Origin: Candidatus Phycocordibacter aenigmaticus
Lineage (GTDB): Bacteria > Patescibacteriota > Minisyncoccia > Phycocordibacterales > Phycocordibacteraceae
NCBI GenBank assembly: GCA_045401115.1
Contig: CP174359.1
Span: forward strand, 1 to 48,116
Direction of reading: 5' to 3'
DNA: 48,116 nucleotides
A model generated the notes under the pieces. That model searched no databases. It was not told the DNA's origin and worked only from the letters and a program-made list of their open reading frames with translations. How positions within the stretch are numbered: the stretch's first letter is position 1; each line of letters opens with the position of its first letter. The translations under genes and the position numbers were made by a program. Below are positions 39,497 to 47,326 of this stretch, piece after piece.

Positions 39497-40639
39497 TCAT
39501 TGTTGATTGAGGCAATCGGTGAATGCTTGTTGATATGCCTTTTTATACGCTTCTTTTTCCATAAGCACTGAGTGTGCTTTTTTGCGGGCGCGACCGCCCA
39601 TGAGGACGCGTGCGTTCGGGTCAGCGAGTAAGCCACTTAACGCCCGAGCAATAACGTACGGCAGTGGACGCACGACCAGCACGTCATGCTGCTTTTCATA
39701 CACTTCGCCGACAACACCGACGTCAGTGGTGACGATAGGCAGCCGGGCGAGACCGGCATCAATGAGTGTCATGCCGTAACCTTCAAAGCGTGAGAGCTGC
39801 AGAAAAATATCGGCATGTTCATAGTATGACGCGAGATCTTTCTGCCACCCAAGAAAGTGTACCCTGCTGGCTATGCCAAGGTTTCGGGCGCGTTTCTTTA
39901 GAAGATTCTCGCGTGAACCGCTGCCGGCAATGTAGAGGTGTGCCTCGGGTACATGCACCATAGCTTCAAGCGCGACGTGTATTCGCTTTTCTGGTTCCAA
40001 ACGAGAGACCATCAGTATCACCGGATGTTCAGGGTTGTATGCGGTGGGACGTTTTGACGCGACCTCGACATCCTCTATTGACGTGTCGTGTATAGGAAGG
40101 ACGGTGATCTTTTCTTTGTTGACGAACCAAAGACTTTTTGCGATACGTTTAGACACCACGCGCACGCGTGTTGCCTGTGCAATGACAAAAAAAGCGATGA
40201 ATACTTCGATAAATTTCCGAATAGATGAGAGAAAATAGTGAGGGTTGAATGCGTCAGTATGGATTTGTGTTTGCAGTGACACATGCAGGGCGCGCGCGAT
40301 GCGCCAGCCGGCAAAGCCTAGGAAAAATGGGTCTTGAGTGGACACGACGAGGTTGTCGGTATTTTTTTCAGGAGCGTGTGGCGCGAGCGCGCGCCCTTCG
40401 CGCATACCTTCGAGAAAGGCATTTGAATATGCCTCTTTTTTTGATGCGCCACCAGGGAAAACAACACGGACGTTACTTGAAAGTTCAAACACTTGTCGCT
40501 CGCCTACACCGAGAACAAGGATGGTGAGTTTTTCAAACAACGTGCCGTAGGATTGCATGCGCGCCTGCACCGCGCTATCTGCGTCGAGTATCTTCGCGTC
40601 TGTTGAGAGCATAAGTGCGCGGGTGTTTTGCCTGGTCAT
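39497..40639 (-). CDS. Glycosyltransferase family 4
   Basis: VSRLEPEK, EGYGMTLIDA...PIVTTDVG motifs. Confidence 0.92.
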   Translation of the reverse strand: MTRQNTRALMLSTDAKILDADSAVQARMQSYGTLFEKLTILVLGVGERQVFELSSNVRVVFPGGASKKEAYSNAFLEGMREGRALAPHAPEKNTDNLVVSTQDPFFLGFAGWRIARALHVSLQTQIHTDAFNPHYFLSSIRKFIEVFIAFFVIAQATRVRVVSKRIAKSLWFVNKEKITVLPIHDTSIEDVEVASKRPTAYNPEHPVILMVSRLEPEKRIHVALEAMVHVPEAHLYIAGSGSRENLLKKRARNLGIASRVHFLGWQKDLASYYEHADIFLQLSRFEGYGMTLIDAGLARLPIVTTDVGVVGEVYEKQHDVLVVRPLPYVIARALSGLLADPNARVLMGGRARKKAHSVLMEKEAYKKAYQQAFTDCLNQQ

Positions 40640-41772
40640 ATATGTTTAAAGAACATAGCAGTTTCTTCCACCATGCGGGCTATAGAAAATCGGTCTACCC
40701 TATTTTTTGCATTTCCTGCTAAGCGTGCGCGACTTTCGGGAGCGTTGAGCAATTTCTCTATGCGGTGTGTGAGCGTTTTAGTATCGTTCGGCTTTACCAG
40801 GTAGCCATGTACGTTGTCTTCAATAAGTTCAGGATTACCTCCCACTTTGGTGGTGATGATCGGCACGCCCACCGACGCCGCTTCAAGAAGAAGGTGTGAG
40901 AAGCCTTCGTAGCGGGTATTGAGCACGAACACGTCGGCCGCACGCATGTAGCGGAGTGCTACGGCACGATCTACATTGCCGGTAAATACTACAGAATCCG
41001 CAACACCGAGGTCTTCCGAAAGAGCGACAAGGCGGTCCATCTCGGGGCCGTCGCCGACAATGAGAAGGCGCAAGTCAGGAATACGCTTGCAGAGTTCTGC
41101 GTGAATGCGGATGAGCGTGTCAAAGCCTTTCCACGGCACCAGGCGGCTGACTGAAATGACCAACTTGCCTTTAAATTTAAGAAGACCGCGGATGACTTGT
41201 TTAAGTCCGACAGGTTCTATATCAACGCCATTGTAGATAACGGAGATACGTTTTCGCTCTACTCCCCACTCGCGTACGATTTTACCGAGGTATTTGCTGG
41301 GTACTATCACCTTTACGGCTTGCCGGGCTACCCACCGTTCGAGGGTGCGCATGATGCGAATGAGGAGAGGAAGAGTGGTGTCTTTTTGAAATTCTTCAAC
41401 TGTTTTTGTATAGCGAAATCTACCACCTGCCTGTTCCCACGCATAATCACCCACCATTTTAAGTACAAACGGTTTACGCATGAGTTTTGCTGCGAGTGCC
41501 GACGGAAGGCCGACTGAGATAGGATCTTGAGCATACACTACATTCGGTTTGAATTTGTGGATACGTGCCACTGTTTTGAAAAAATATGCCAGATGCCGTA
41601 GGAATTTTGGATAGCCACGCACTTCACGATACGGAAGCACCGATACACTAAAGCCATAAGCTGGTAAGCGCTCTAGGAGTGTTTTGGAATAGGTCGCTGG
41701 ACCACCCCCTTCAGGTGGGAAAAGCCCCGTAGCTATGAGTATTTTTTTACCTTGAGATGATTTTTGTACCAT
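40636..41772 (-). CDS. Glycosyltransferase family 4
   Basis: ATGLFPPEGGGPATY, SVSRLVPWKG, EGFSHLLLEA motifs. Confidence 0.94.
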   Translation of the reverse strand: MVQKSSQGKKILIATGLFPPEGGGPATYSKTLLERLPAYGFSVSVLPYREVRGYPKFLRHLAYFFKTVARIHKFKPNVVYAQDPISVGLPSALAAKLMRKPFVLKMVGDYAWEQAGGRFRYTKTVEEFQKDTTLPLLIRIMRTLERWVARQAVKVIVPSKYLGKIVREWGVERKRISVIYNGVDIEPVGLKQVIRGLLKFKGKLVISVSRLVPWKGFDTLIRIHAELCKRIPDLRLLIVGDGPEMDRLVALSEDLGVADSVVFTGNVDRAVALRYMRAADVFVLNTRYEGFSHLLLEAASVGVPIITTKVGGNPELIEDNVHGYLVKPNDTKTLTHRIEKLLNAPESRARLAGNAKNRVDRFSIARMVEETAMFFKHI

Positions 41773-41779
41773 TTATTGC

Positions 41780-41808
41780 ATCATACCTCTACACACCGAT
41801 GGGGACAA
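41780..41808 (-). promoter_or_regulatory. sigma70-type promoter of the 41772 glycosyltransferase
   Basis: TTGTCC-17 nt-TATGAT, 7 nt before the ATG. Confidence 0.65.
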
Positions 41809-41813
41809 TAAAG

Positions 41814-41943
41814 CGGGAAATAGAAGGTGAAAAGTGGGAGGTGGTAGGTAGTTAATGGTAAGTGGAAGGTGGTAGGTAGAAGGTGGAAATAAACGGCTCA
41901 GGGGGTGAGCCGTTTATGTGTAGCGAGGACCGACCTCGCTACA
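41814..41943. repeat. Composite element copy 2: ~11 heptamers + identical 30-nt hairpin + GAGG-ACCGA-CCTC palindrome
   Basis: CGGGAAA TAGAAGG TGAAAAG TGGGAGG TGGTAGG TAGTTAA TGGTAAG TGGAAGG TGGTAGG TAGAAGG TGGAAAT; 41885-41914 is identical to 24504-24533; TGTAGCGAGG accga CCTCGCTACA (41919-41943). Confidence 0.88.
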
Positions 41944-41946
41944 ACT

Positions 41947-42903
41947 TTAGGAGATGCTGCCTAAGTGACGACGTACCTTCTCGAGGATTATTTCTGACGA
42001 TACTACTTCTCCTTCAGAAGGATCTGTGTTTAACACTTCATCAAAGTCCGGCTCTCCTTTCCAATCAACCCCCTCCACTGGTTCTTTTTCGGTGTCGACG
42101 ATCTTCCCCGTAGTGATAACGGTATCTTTTTCAAGAAAGACGTTATGTGCGATACCGGTGCTAGTAGGCAGGAACGGCTGCGCTTCGTGTTCAGTGACAT
42201 CATGCACCATTTCCTCGCCGGTGCGTGTATCAAGAGAGAAGGTTACCGTACGCCACCCACTGTCGGTTTTTGACACTGCTTGCACTAACAGCACGCCATC
42301 GTTTTCCGGATTCTGTTCAACCAACACTAACGTTCCCTGTACAACACCATAACTTTCAGCGGTTGCTTCGTGTGAGTGGCTGTTCTGCCAGTGGTCTTCA
42401 TGAGAAAGCGTGACTATGCATGTCTCTTCAATAGATTTGAAATTGAAATTAAACCGACGCTCAACCAAGACTCCGTCTATGGTGTATTGTTTTTCTTTCG
42501 CGACGATACCAAGTTCGCGCAGATCGGCGATCGTTATGTCGGAATGATCTCCAAGATACGCTTCAAGATAGCTTCCCTCTTCAGAATCAGGCGCGGTGAA
42601 ATTAAGTGTATACGAAAATGGTGCAGGATCTGACGCGACACTAACGGCAAGCGCGACGTGATACCCCACCTCAGATTTAGAAACGTTGCTGTCGAATGTG
42701 ACGCCGACAAAGAATCCTTCGAGCGATTCCGCTTTTGCGGAGTCCGCCGACTTTTCCAACGTTCCCGCAACTGTCGCCACCGAAGATACCTCTTCCAATG
42801 AAGACTCACGCACCACTTCATCGGTAGTTTCAAAAGCGGTGGAACTAGCGGCTTGTTCGTCGGGTTCGTGCGAAAACACGCCCGGGCGTTCAGGTGAACT
42901 CAT
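41947..42903 (-). CDS. Hypothetical acidic protein (318 aa)
   Basis: Long ORF with TGGCATTAT -10 element 7 nt before the ATG; E/D/S/T-rich; no family recognised. Confidence 0.72.
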   Translation of the reverse strand: MSSPERPGVFSHEPDEQAASSTAFETTDEVVRESSLEEVSSVATVAGTLEKSADSAKAESLEGFFVGVTFDSNVSKSEVGYHVALAVSVASDPAPFSYTLNFTAPDSEEGSYLEAYLGDHSDITIADLRELGIVAKEKQYTIDGVLVERRFNFNFKSIEETCIVTLSHEDHWQNSHSHEATAESYGVVQGTLVLVEQNPENDGVLLVQAVSKTDSGWRTVTFSLDTRTGEEMVHDVTEHEAQPFLPTSTGIAHNVFLEKDTVITTGKIVDTEKEPVEGVDWKGEPDFDEVLNTDPSEGEVVSSEIILEKVRRHLGSIS

Positions 42904-43005
42904 GGTAAATATAATGCCAGAAATATGGTATATGTCAATATCACCAGATGGCCGAAACCATTGAGAGGTTTTGAGGGTACTGAATATGCTACGCTTTACC
43001 TATTC

Positions 43006-43542
43006 ATGCATATTTTGATTTGTACCCCCCTGTTCCCACCGGATGTTGAGCCGATAGCGCAGTATGTGCAAGAGCTGGCACGGCGCCTCAGCGATACACA
43101 TACCGTGACCGTGCTTACGTATGGTGCACTGCCTGAGCCAACTGACGGTGTAGACATTCAGGGAGTAAGCAAAGATCAACTGACTGTGACTCGTATATTG
43201 CGTTACACGCACAAGCTCTTTACCCTCCAAAGGAAAGCCGACATAGTGCTGGCGATAAACGGCGCGTCGGTTGAGTTGCCTTTGGTACTTACCGCGCCTT
43301 TCTCACGCGCGCGGTCGTTGTTTAACTACTGCGATACGCGAGCACATGAAGCACAGCAAAAAAATATATTCTTGCGTACGCTGCATATGCTCGCGCGGGC
43401 GCGTGCCGCACACACACTCTGCGCCGTACCAGCCACAAAACCTGAGATACTTCCTTTCTCTCCTCAACCTATAGCCGCACAAAAACAGTATGAAGCGGAT
43501 TGGAAAGCTCATAAAGCACACCTTGAATCACTTTTTATATGA
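43006..43542 (+). CDS. Glycosyltransferase GT4-like N-terminal domain only (178 aa)
   Basis: HILICTPLFPPDVEPIAQYVQELARRL resembles the N-terminus of the 40636-41772 GT; no C-terminal nucleotide-sugar-binding domain. Start moved to ATG 43006. Confidence 0.68.
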   Translation: MHILICTPLFPPDVEPIAQYVQELARRLSDTHTVTVLTYGALPEPTDGVDIQGVSKDQLTVTRILRYTHKLFTLQRKADIVLAINGASVELPLVLTAPFSRARSLFNYCDTRAHEAQQKNIFLRTLHMLARARAAHTLCAVPATKPEILPFSPQPIAAQKQYEADWKAHKAHLESLFI

Positions 43543-44639
43543 ACGAACATAATTCGAAAACCCAATGGAATGAATATGTACAGACCGAAATGGATGCGGT
43601 GCAGCCACTACTGCAGGAGGCCGGTTTTACACTTGATGACGAACAACCGCACGTTATAGGTGAGCGATATGTGATACGCGCGGTGACTACTGCGAGTGGT
43701 GAAAAGATGGTGCTGCTGGGCCGCAACGCTAAAGACGGAAAGCGGGTGGTGATTAAGGTAAGTTCAGATGAAGAAGGAAAAAAAGAACTAGAACATGAGC
43801 GGCGCGCTAAAGCACTTCTTGAAAAACTTCATTTTGCGTACGACGTATTTGTTACGCCACAAGAACTTTTCTTTACAGAATCTGACGGGCGTATGGTTGC
43901 GGTGTATGAATATATAGAGCAGGAAAAGCAATTCATTGACCGCCCTACTCCTGAGCAGTTTACCTATGCATTATGCGCGTTTAAAGCACAAGAAGGCGCG
44001 CATGCCACAACGCATCGACATACGAAACTTATCCATGACGTGTTCGAAACACGCGATGCGGCAAGTTATCTTGCTGAACATGAGCGTTTTAAAACAACCA
44101 TTACTGACTTTGACGCACGCACCGAGCCACTTTTACGGGACGTGTACACCCTGCTTTCTGATAACCGCGAGGTTATTGACCGATACGGTTCGTTCCTTAC
44201 GCACACTGATTTTGTGCCGCATAACTTTCGTATACAGGATGATGTGATTTATCTACTCGATTACTCTTCGCTGCGTTTTGGAAACAAATATGAGGGGTGG
44301 GCGCGTTTTCTGAATTTTATGACGTTGTATAACCCAGAGTTGGAAATGGCGTTGACACAGTATGTTGCTGATAATCGATCTCTTGACGAGCAATGTTCAC
44401 TAAAAATGATGCGCTTGTATCGTCTGAGTGAATTGGCGGCTTTTTATGTAGGTACACTATCGAAGGCAACTGGAGCATTGCACACATTAAATAAGACACG
44501 GGTGTATTTTTGGCTCGACGCGTTGGCAGCACTCTATTCGGGCGAGATGCTGGGCGAAGAAGCGCGCGCTGAGTATCAACGGACGCGTGACGCGCTGCGC
44601 AGTGAGGACGAGAAGCGGCGGCAGAAGAATTTGCATTAA
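43539..44639 (+). CDS. APH/choline-kinase-like phosphotransferase
   Basis: VVIK (ATP-site Lys), LTHTDFVPHNF (Brenner HxDxxxxN), YLLDY motifs; 4-nt overlap with the upstream gene. Confidence 0.8.
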   Translation: MNEHNSKTQWNEYVQTEMDAVQPLLQEAGFTLDDEQPHVIGERYVIRAVTTASGEKMVLLGRNAKDGKRVVIKVSSDEEGKKELEHERRAKALLEKLHFAYDVFVTPQELFFTESDGRMVAVYEYIEQEKQFIDRPTPEQFTYALCAFKAQEGAHATTHRHTKLIHDVFETRDAASYLAEHERFKTTITDFDARTEPLLRDVYTLLSDNREVIDRYGSFLTHTDFVPHNFRIQDDVIYLLDYSSLRFGNKYEGWARFLNFMTLYNPELEMALTQYVADNRSLDEQCSLKMMRLYRLSELAAFYVGTLSKATGALHTLNKTRVYFWLDALAALYSGEMLGEEARAEYQRTRDALRSEDEKRRQKNLH

Positions 44640-44645
44640 CAAAAA

Positions 44646-44671
44646 ATGGCCAACATCCGGATGTTGGCCAT
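44646..44671. terminator. Perfect 26-bp palindrome between convergent genes (probable bidirectional terminator; palindrome-family-like core)
   Basis: ATGGCCAACATCC/GGATGTTGGCCAT. Confidence 0.7.
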
Positions 44672-44693
44672 GTTAATTGGGGTTTATTGGAGG

Positions 44694-45239
44694 TCATTCG
44701 GCTTCGTGCATGCGCTGAACAAGCGCTTCGTACTCGGCAACGAGCGGATGCTGCCACCCCTCTTTTTTATACATAGCAAGCATCGCGTCTTCGAACCACA
44801 TCTTTTTATCTTTCCCACGTTTGAAATGGGTCCACACCGCTGCACCTTGTTTTTCGTATGATGCGAGGAGGTCTTTTGCGTTATGAATTTTATCAGCGAT
44901 GGCTACTGCCCACACGGCTTCCCCACCTTCACGCACTGTTTCGATATATTTTAATTTTTTCTCTTCCCAGGAAAGGGAGTCGTCGTTCGACGCCGCGTGC
45001 ACGATGCGGAGCACTTCGTCGCCGAGTTGTGTGCGCAGTTCGCTTTCGGGAAAGTCGGTGTCTTCAAGCACGTCGTGCACGAGCGCTGCCGCCACCACTT
45101 CGTCGCTAAAGCCGTGCTGCGCGAGCGAGAGCGCCACTGCCACAGGATGCATGATGTACGGCACATCTTCTTGTTTGCGCACTTGCTGTCGATGCGCGAG
45201 TGCGGCAATTCTGGCTGCTGTATCAATGAGGTTCATCAT
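44694..45239 (-). CDS. HD-domain (p)ppGpp-hydrolase-like protein (small alarmone hydrolase/Mesh1 family)
   Basis: AH..Q.RK...PYIMHP..VA, AALVHDVLEDT, ADKIHN motifs. Start placed at ATG 45239, adjacent to the upstream stop. Confidence 0.9.
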   Translation of the reverse strand: MMNLIDTAARIAALAHRQQVRKQEDVPYIMHPVAVALSLAQHGFSDEVVAAALVHDVLEDTDFPESELRTQLGDEVLRIVHAASNDDSLSWEEKKLKYIETVREGGEAVWAVAIADKIHNAKDLLASYEKQGAAVWTHFKRGKDKKMWFEDAMLAMYKKEGWQHPLVAEYEALVQRMHEAE

Positions 45240-45240
45240 A

Positions 45241-46425
45241 TTAAGAATTGAACACGGGTTTAAATACGCGTTCGTGCATTTGTTTACCAATCATATCCCA
45301 ATTATATTTCTCGAGCACTAAGGCGCGTGCACGGGTAGTGACTGCCTCTACTTTTTCAGGATTTGCCAGTATGTCGTTCACTGCTTCGGCAATCTGTTCG
45401 GGATTCTCTTTATCAACTGCCCAGGCGGTGGTTTCTTTTTCGGAATCGCGGCGTGCGTCGAAGACGAATTCCGCAAGACCGCCTTCTTGGGTGGTGACAA
45501 CAGGCACGCGCGCTGCCATAGCAGAGAGGAATGAATTACCCAACCCTTCTGAACGCGAGGGTCCAATAAAAATATCAATGACCGTTGGGTTACGGTATAG
45601 CGGTACGTCGTCACGGTCTTTCTGTCCGAGGAAATGTACGCGCTCTGTTACGTTGAGTTCGTCGGCGAGTTTTTTTAGCATTGCCTCATCTGGCCCAGAC
45701 CCAATAAGGAGAAAGTGGACATGGTCAGGCAACAGTGGGAGCGCGCGGATGACGGTATCGTGCCCTTTTTGATGTACGAGGCGTGCGGCGTTAAGCATAT
45801 ACACATCGCCTTCTTTTTTCCCGAGTGTGTCGCGCACTGCTTCGGCTTCTTCTTGGGTATATTCGGGGTTGAGGTTTTTAGGATTAGCGCCGTTGTAGAT
45901 TAGTTCGATATCGCCCGTGTAGCCACGCCTTTCTGGCCAAGTACCGAGGTAGCGTGAAATCACTTGAATTTTTGAAGCAGTGCGGAAGCCGTAATCCAAA
46001 AGTGGTGTGAGTGGACGGATGAACCAACGCTCAAATACTTTCTCGTACGGGTCGCCGTCTTGGAGCGTGAGTACGTGCGGGACACGGGTGCCTAAAAGAC
46101 GCATGAGCGCGACCGGAAAGAGCATGTAGGTCATCAGTGCCCAGAGCGCGTCAAAGGTATGTTTTTTGTGCAGCATAATCCCCTGCAATGCAGACAGTGG
46201 TACGAACAACACCTTAGAGATGTAGTGATTGCCAAAACCGACGCGGTGCACATGTACATTGTCTACTTTTTCATACACTGGGTCCTTCATGTCAAAACGA
46301 ACTGTTAACATATGGAACTCGATATCTTCCGGGCTGATGCGGTGTGTTATTTCTTTGACCGCTGCTTCTGCGCCGCTGGTGAATTTTGGATAATATGCGA
46401 GGGAGAATATGAGGACTTTTTTCAT
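45241..46425 (-). CDS. Glycosyltransferase family 4
   Basis: ARLVHQKGHD, EGLGNSFLSAMA..VPVV motifs. Confidence 0.94.
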   Translation of the reverse strand: MKKVLIFSLAYYPKFTSGAEAAVKEITHRISPEDIEFHMLTVRFDMKDPVYEKVDNVHVHRVGFGNHYISKVLFVPLSALQGIMLHKKHTFDALWALMTYMLFPVALMRLLGTRVPHVLTLQDGDPYEKVFERWFIRPLTPLLDYGFRTASKIQVISRYLGTWPERRGYTGDIELIYNGANPKNLNPEYTQEEAEAVRDTLGKKEGDVYMLNAARLVHQKGHDTVIRALPLLPDHVHFLLIGSGPDEAMLKKLADELNVTERVHFLGQKDRDDVPLYRNPTVIDIFIGPSRSEGLGNSFLSAMAARVPVVTTQEGGLAEFVFDARRDSEKETTAWAVDKENPEQIAEAVNDILANPEKVEAVTTRARALVLEKYNWDMIGKQMHERVFKPVFNS

Positions 46426-46426
46426 A

Positions 46427-47326
46427 TTATTTTTGTGACTGTTTTATCTTTTCGACGTATTCTTTGAGTGTGTGTTGTTGTTTCCATCCAAGCAGTTCAA
46501 GCTTAGTGGTATCTTCCGCACCACTTGAGCGCGTGGATTTGGTGGCCGGAGCGAATTCTATTTCAAGACCGAACATGTGCGCGAGGTCAAGCAGCGAGTG
46601 TACTTCTTTTGCTGAAATACCGTATTCATCGTTCGTCCCTTTTTCGCCAATAAGGAAGAGCGCGTTGACAGTATCGAGCACGTGAGTGAAAGCGCGGGTT
46701 TGTTCACCAGTGCCATTTATAGTGCCTGATTCACCATTGAGATAGTGTTGTTTAAATGTTTCAACAATAGTGCCGTAAGAACCAGTGAACTGCCCTGCGC
46801 GTTCGCGCGGTCCGTAGACATTATAAAAGTATGCAATGGAGTATGGGAGATCGTACCAACAATCGCCGTAATTTTTTACTAATTCACTATTACTGTATTT
46901 AAAGAAGGAATATGGTGAGCGGTTGTGACCAGCCACACTATCTTCACGTTTATCGGCAAAGCGAGTTGATGATCCAGCGTATACCAATTTGCATTGGTGT
47001 GTCCGCCAGAATTCAAGAACCCCGAATGTGCCTTCGGCGTTTAAGTCGAAAACTTTTTGTGGCTCTTTCAAGCTCGGTGCGACGCGGGAGTATTCGCCGA
47101 GGTGGTAGATGATGGTGGGGGTTTCAGGAATGTGCTGGGCGATGTCTTTGGTGTGCCCTTCGCGGTATTCCACGCCCTCAACATGGTTTTCTTTAGTGCC
47201 GGTGAAGTAGTTGTCGAGTGAGATGACGTGGTAGCCTTCTTGCACAAGGCGCTCGCAGAGGTGTGAGCCTACGAAGCCTGCCCCGCCAGTTACCACCGCA
47301 ATACCCTTTTCAGAATTAGTCGTCAT
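46427..47326 (-). CDS. NAD-dependent epimerase/dehydratase (extended SDR)
   Basis: VTGGAGFVGSHL, YAGSS, SPYSFFK (YxxxK), FYNVYGP, TRAFTHV motifs. Confidence 0.93.
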   Translation of the reverse strand: MTTNSEKGIAVVTGGAGFVGSHLCERLVQEGYHVISLDNYFTGTKENHVEGVEYREGHTKDIAQHIPETPTIIYHLGEYSRVAPSLKEPQKVFDLNAEGTFGVLEFWRTHQCKLVYAGSSTRFADKREDSVAGHNRSPYSFFKYSNSELVKNYGDCWYDLPYSIAYFYNVYGPRERAGQFTGSYGTIVETFKQHYLNGESGTINGTGEQTRAFTHVLDTVNALFLIGEKGTNDEYGISAKEVHSLLDLAHMFGLEIEFAPATKSTRSSGAEDTTKLELLGWKQQHTLKEYVEKIKQSQK

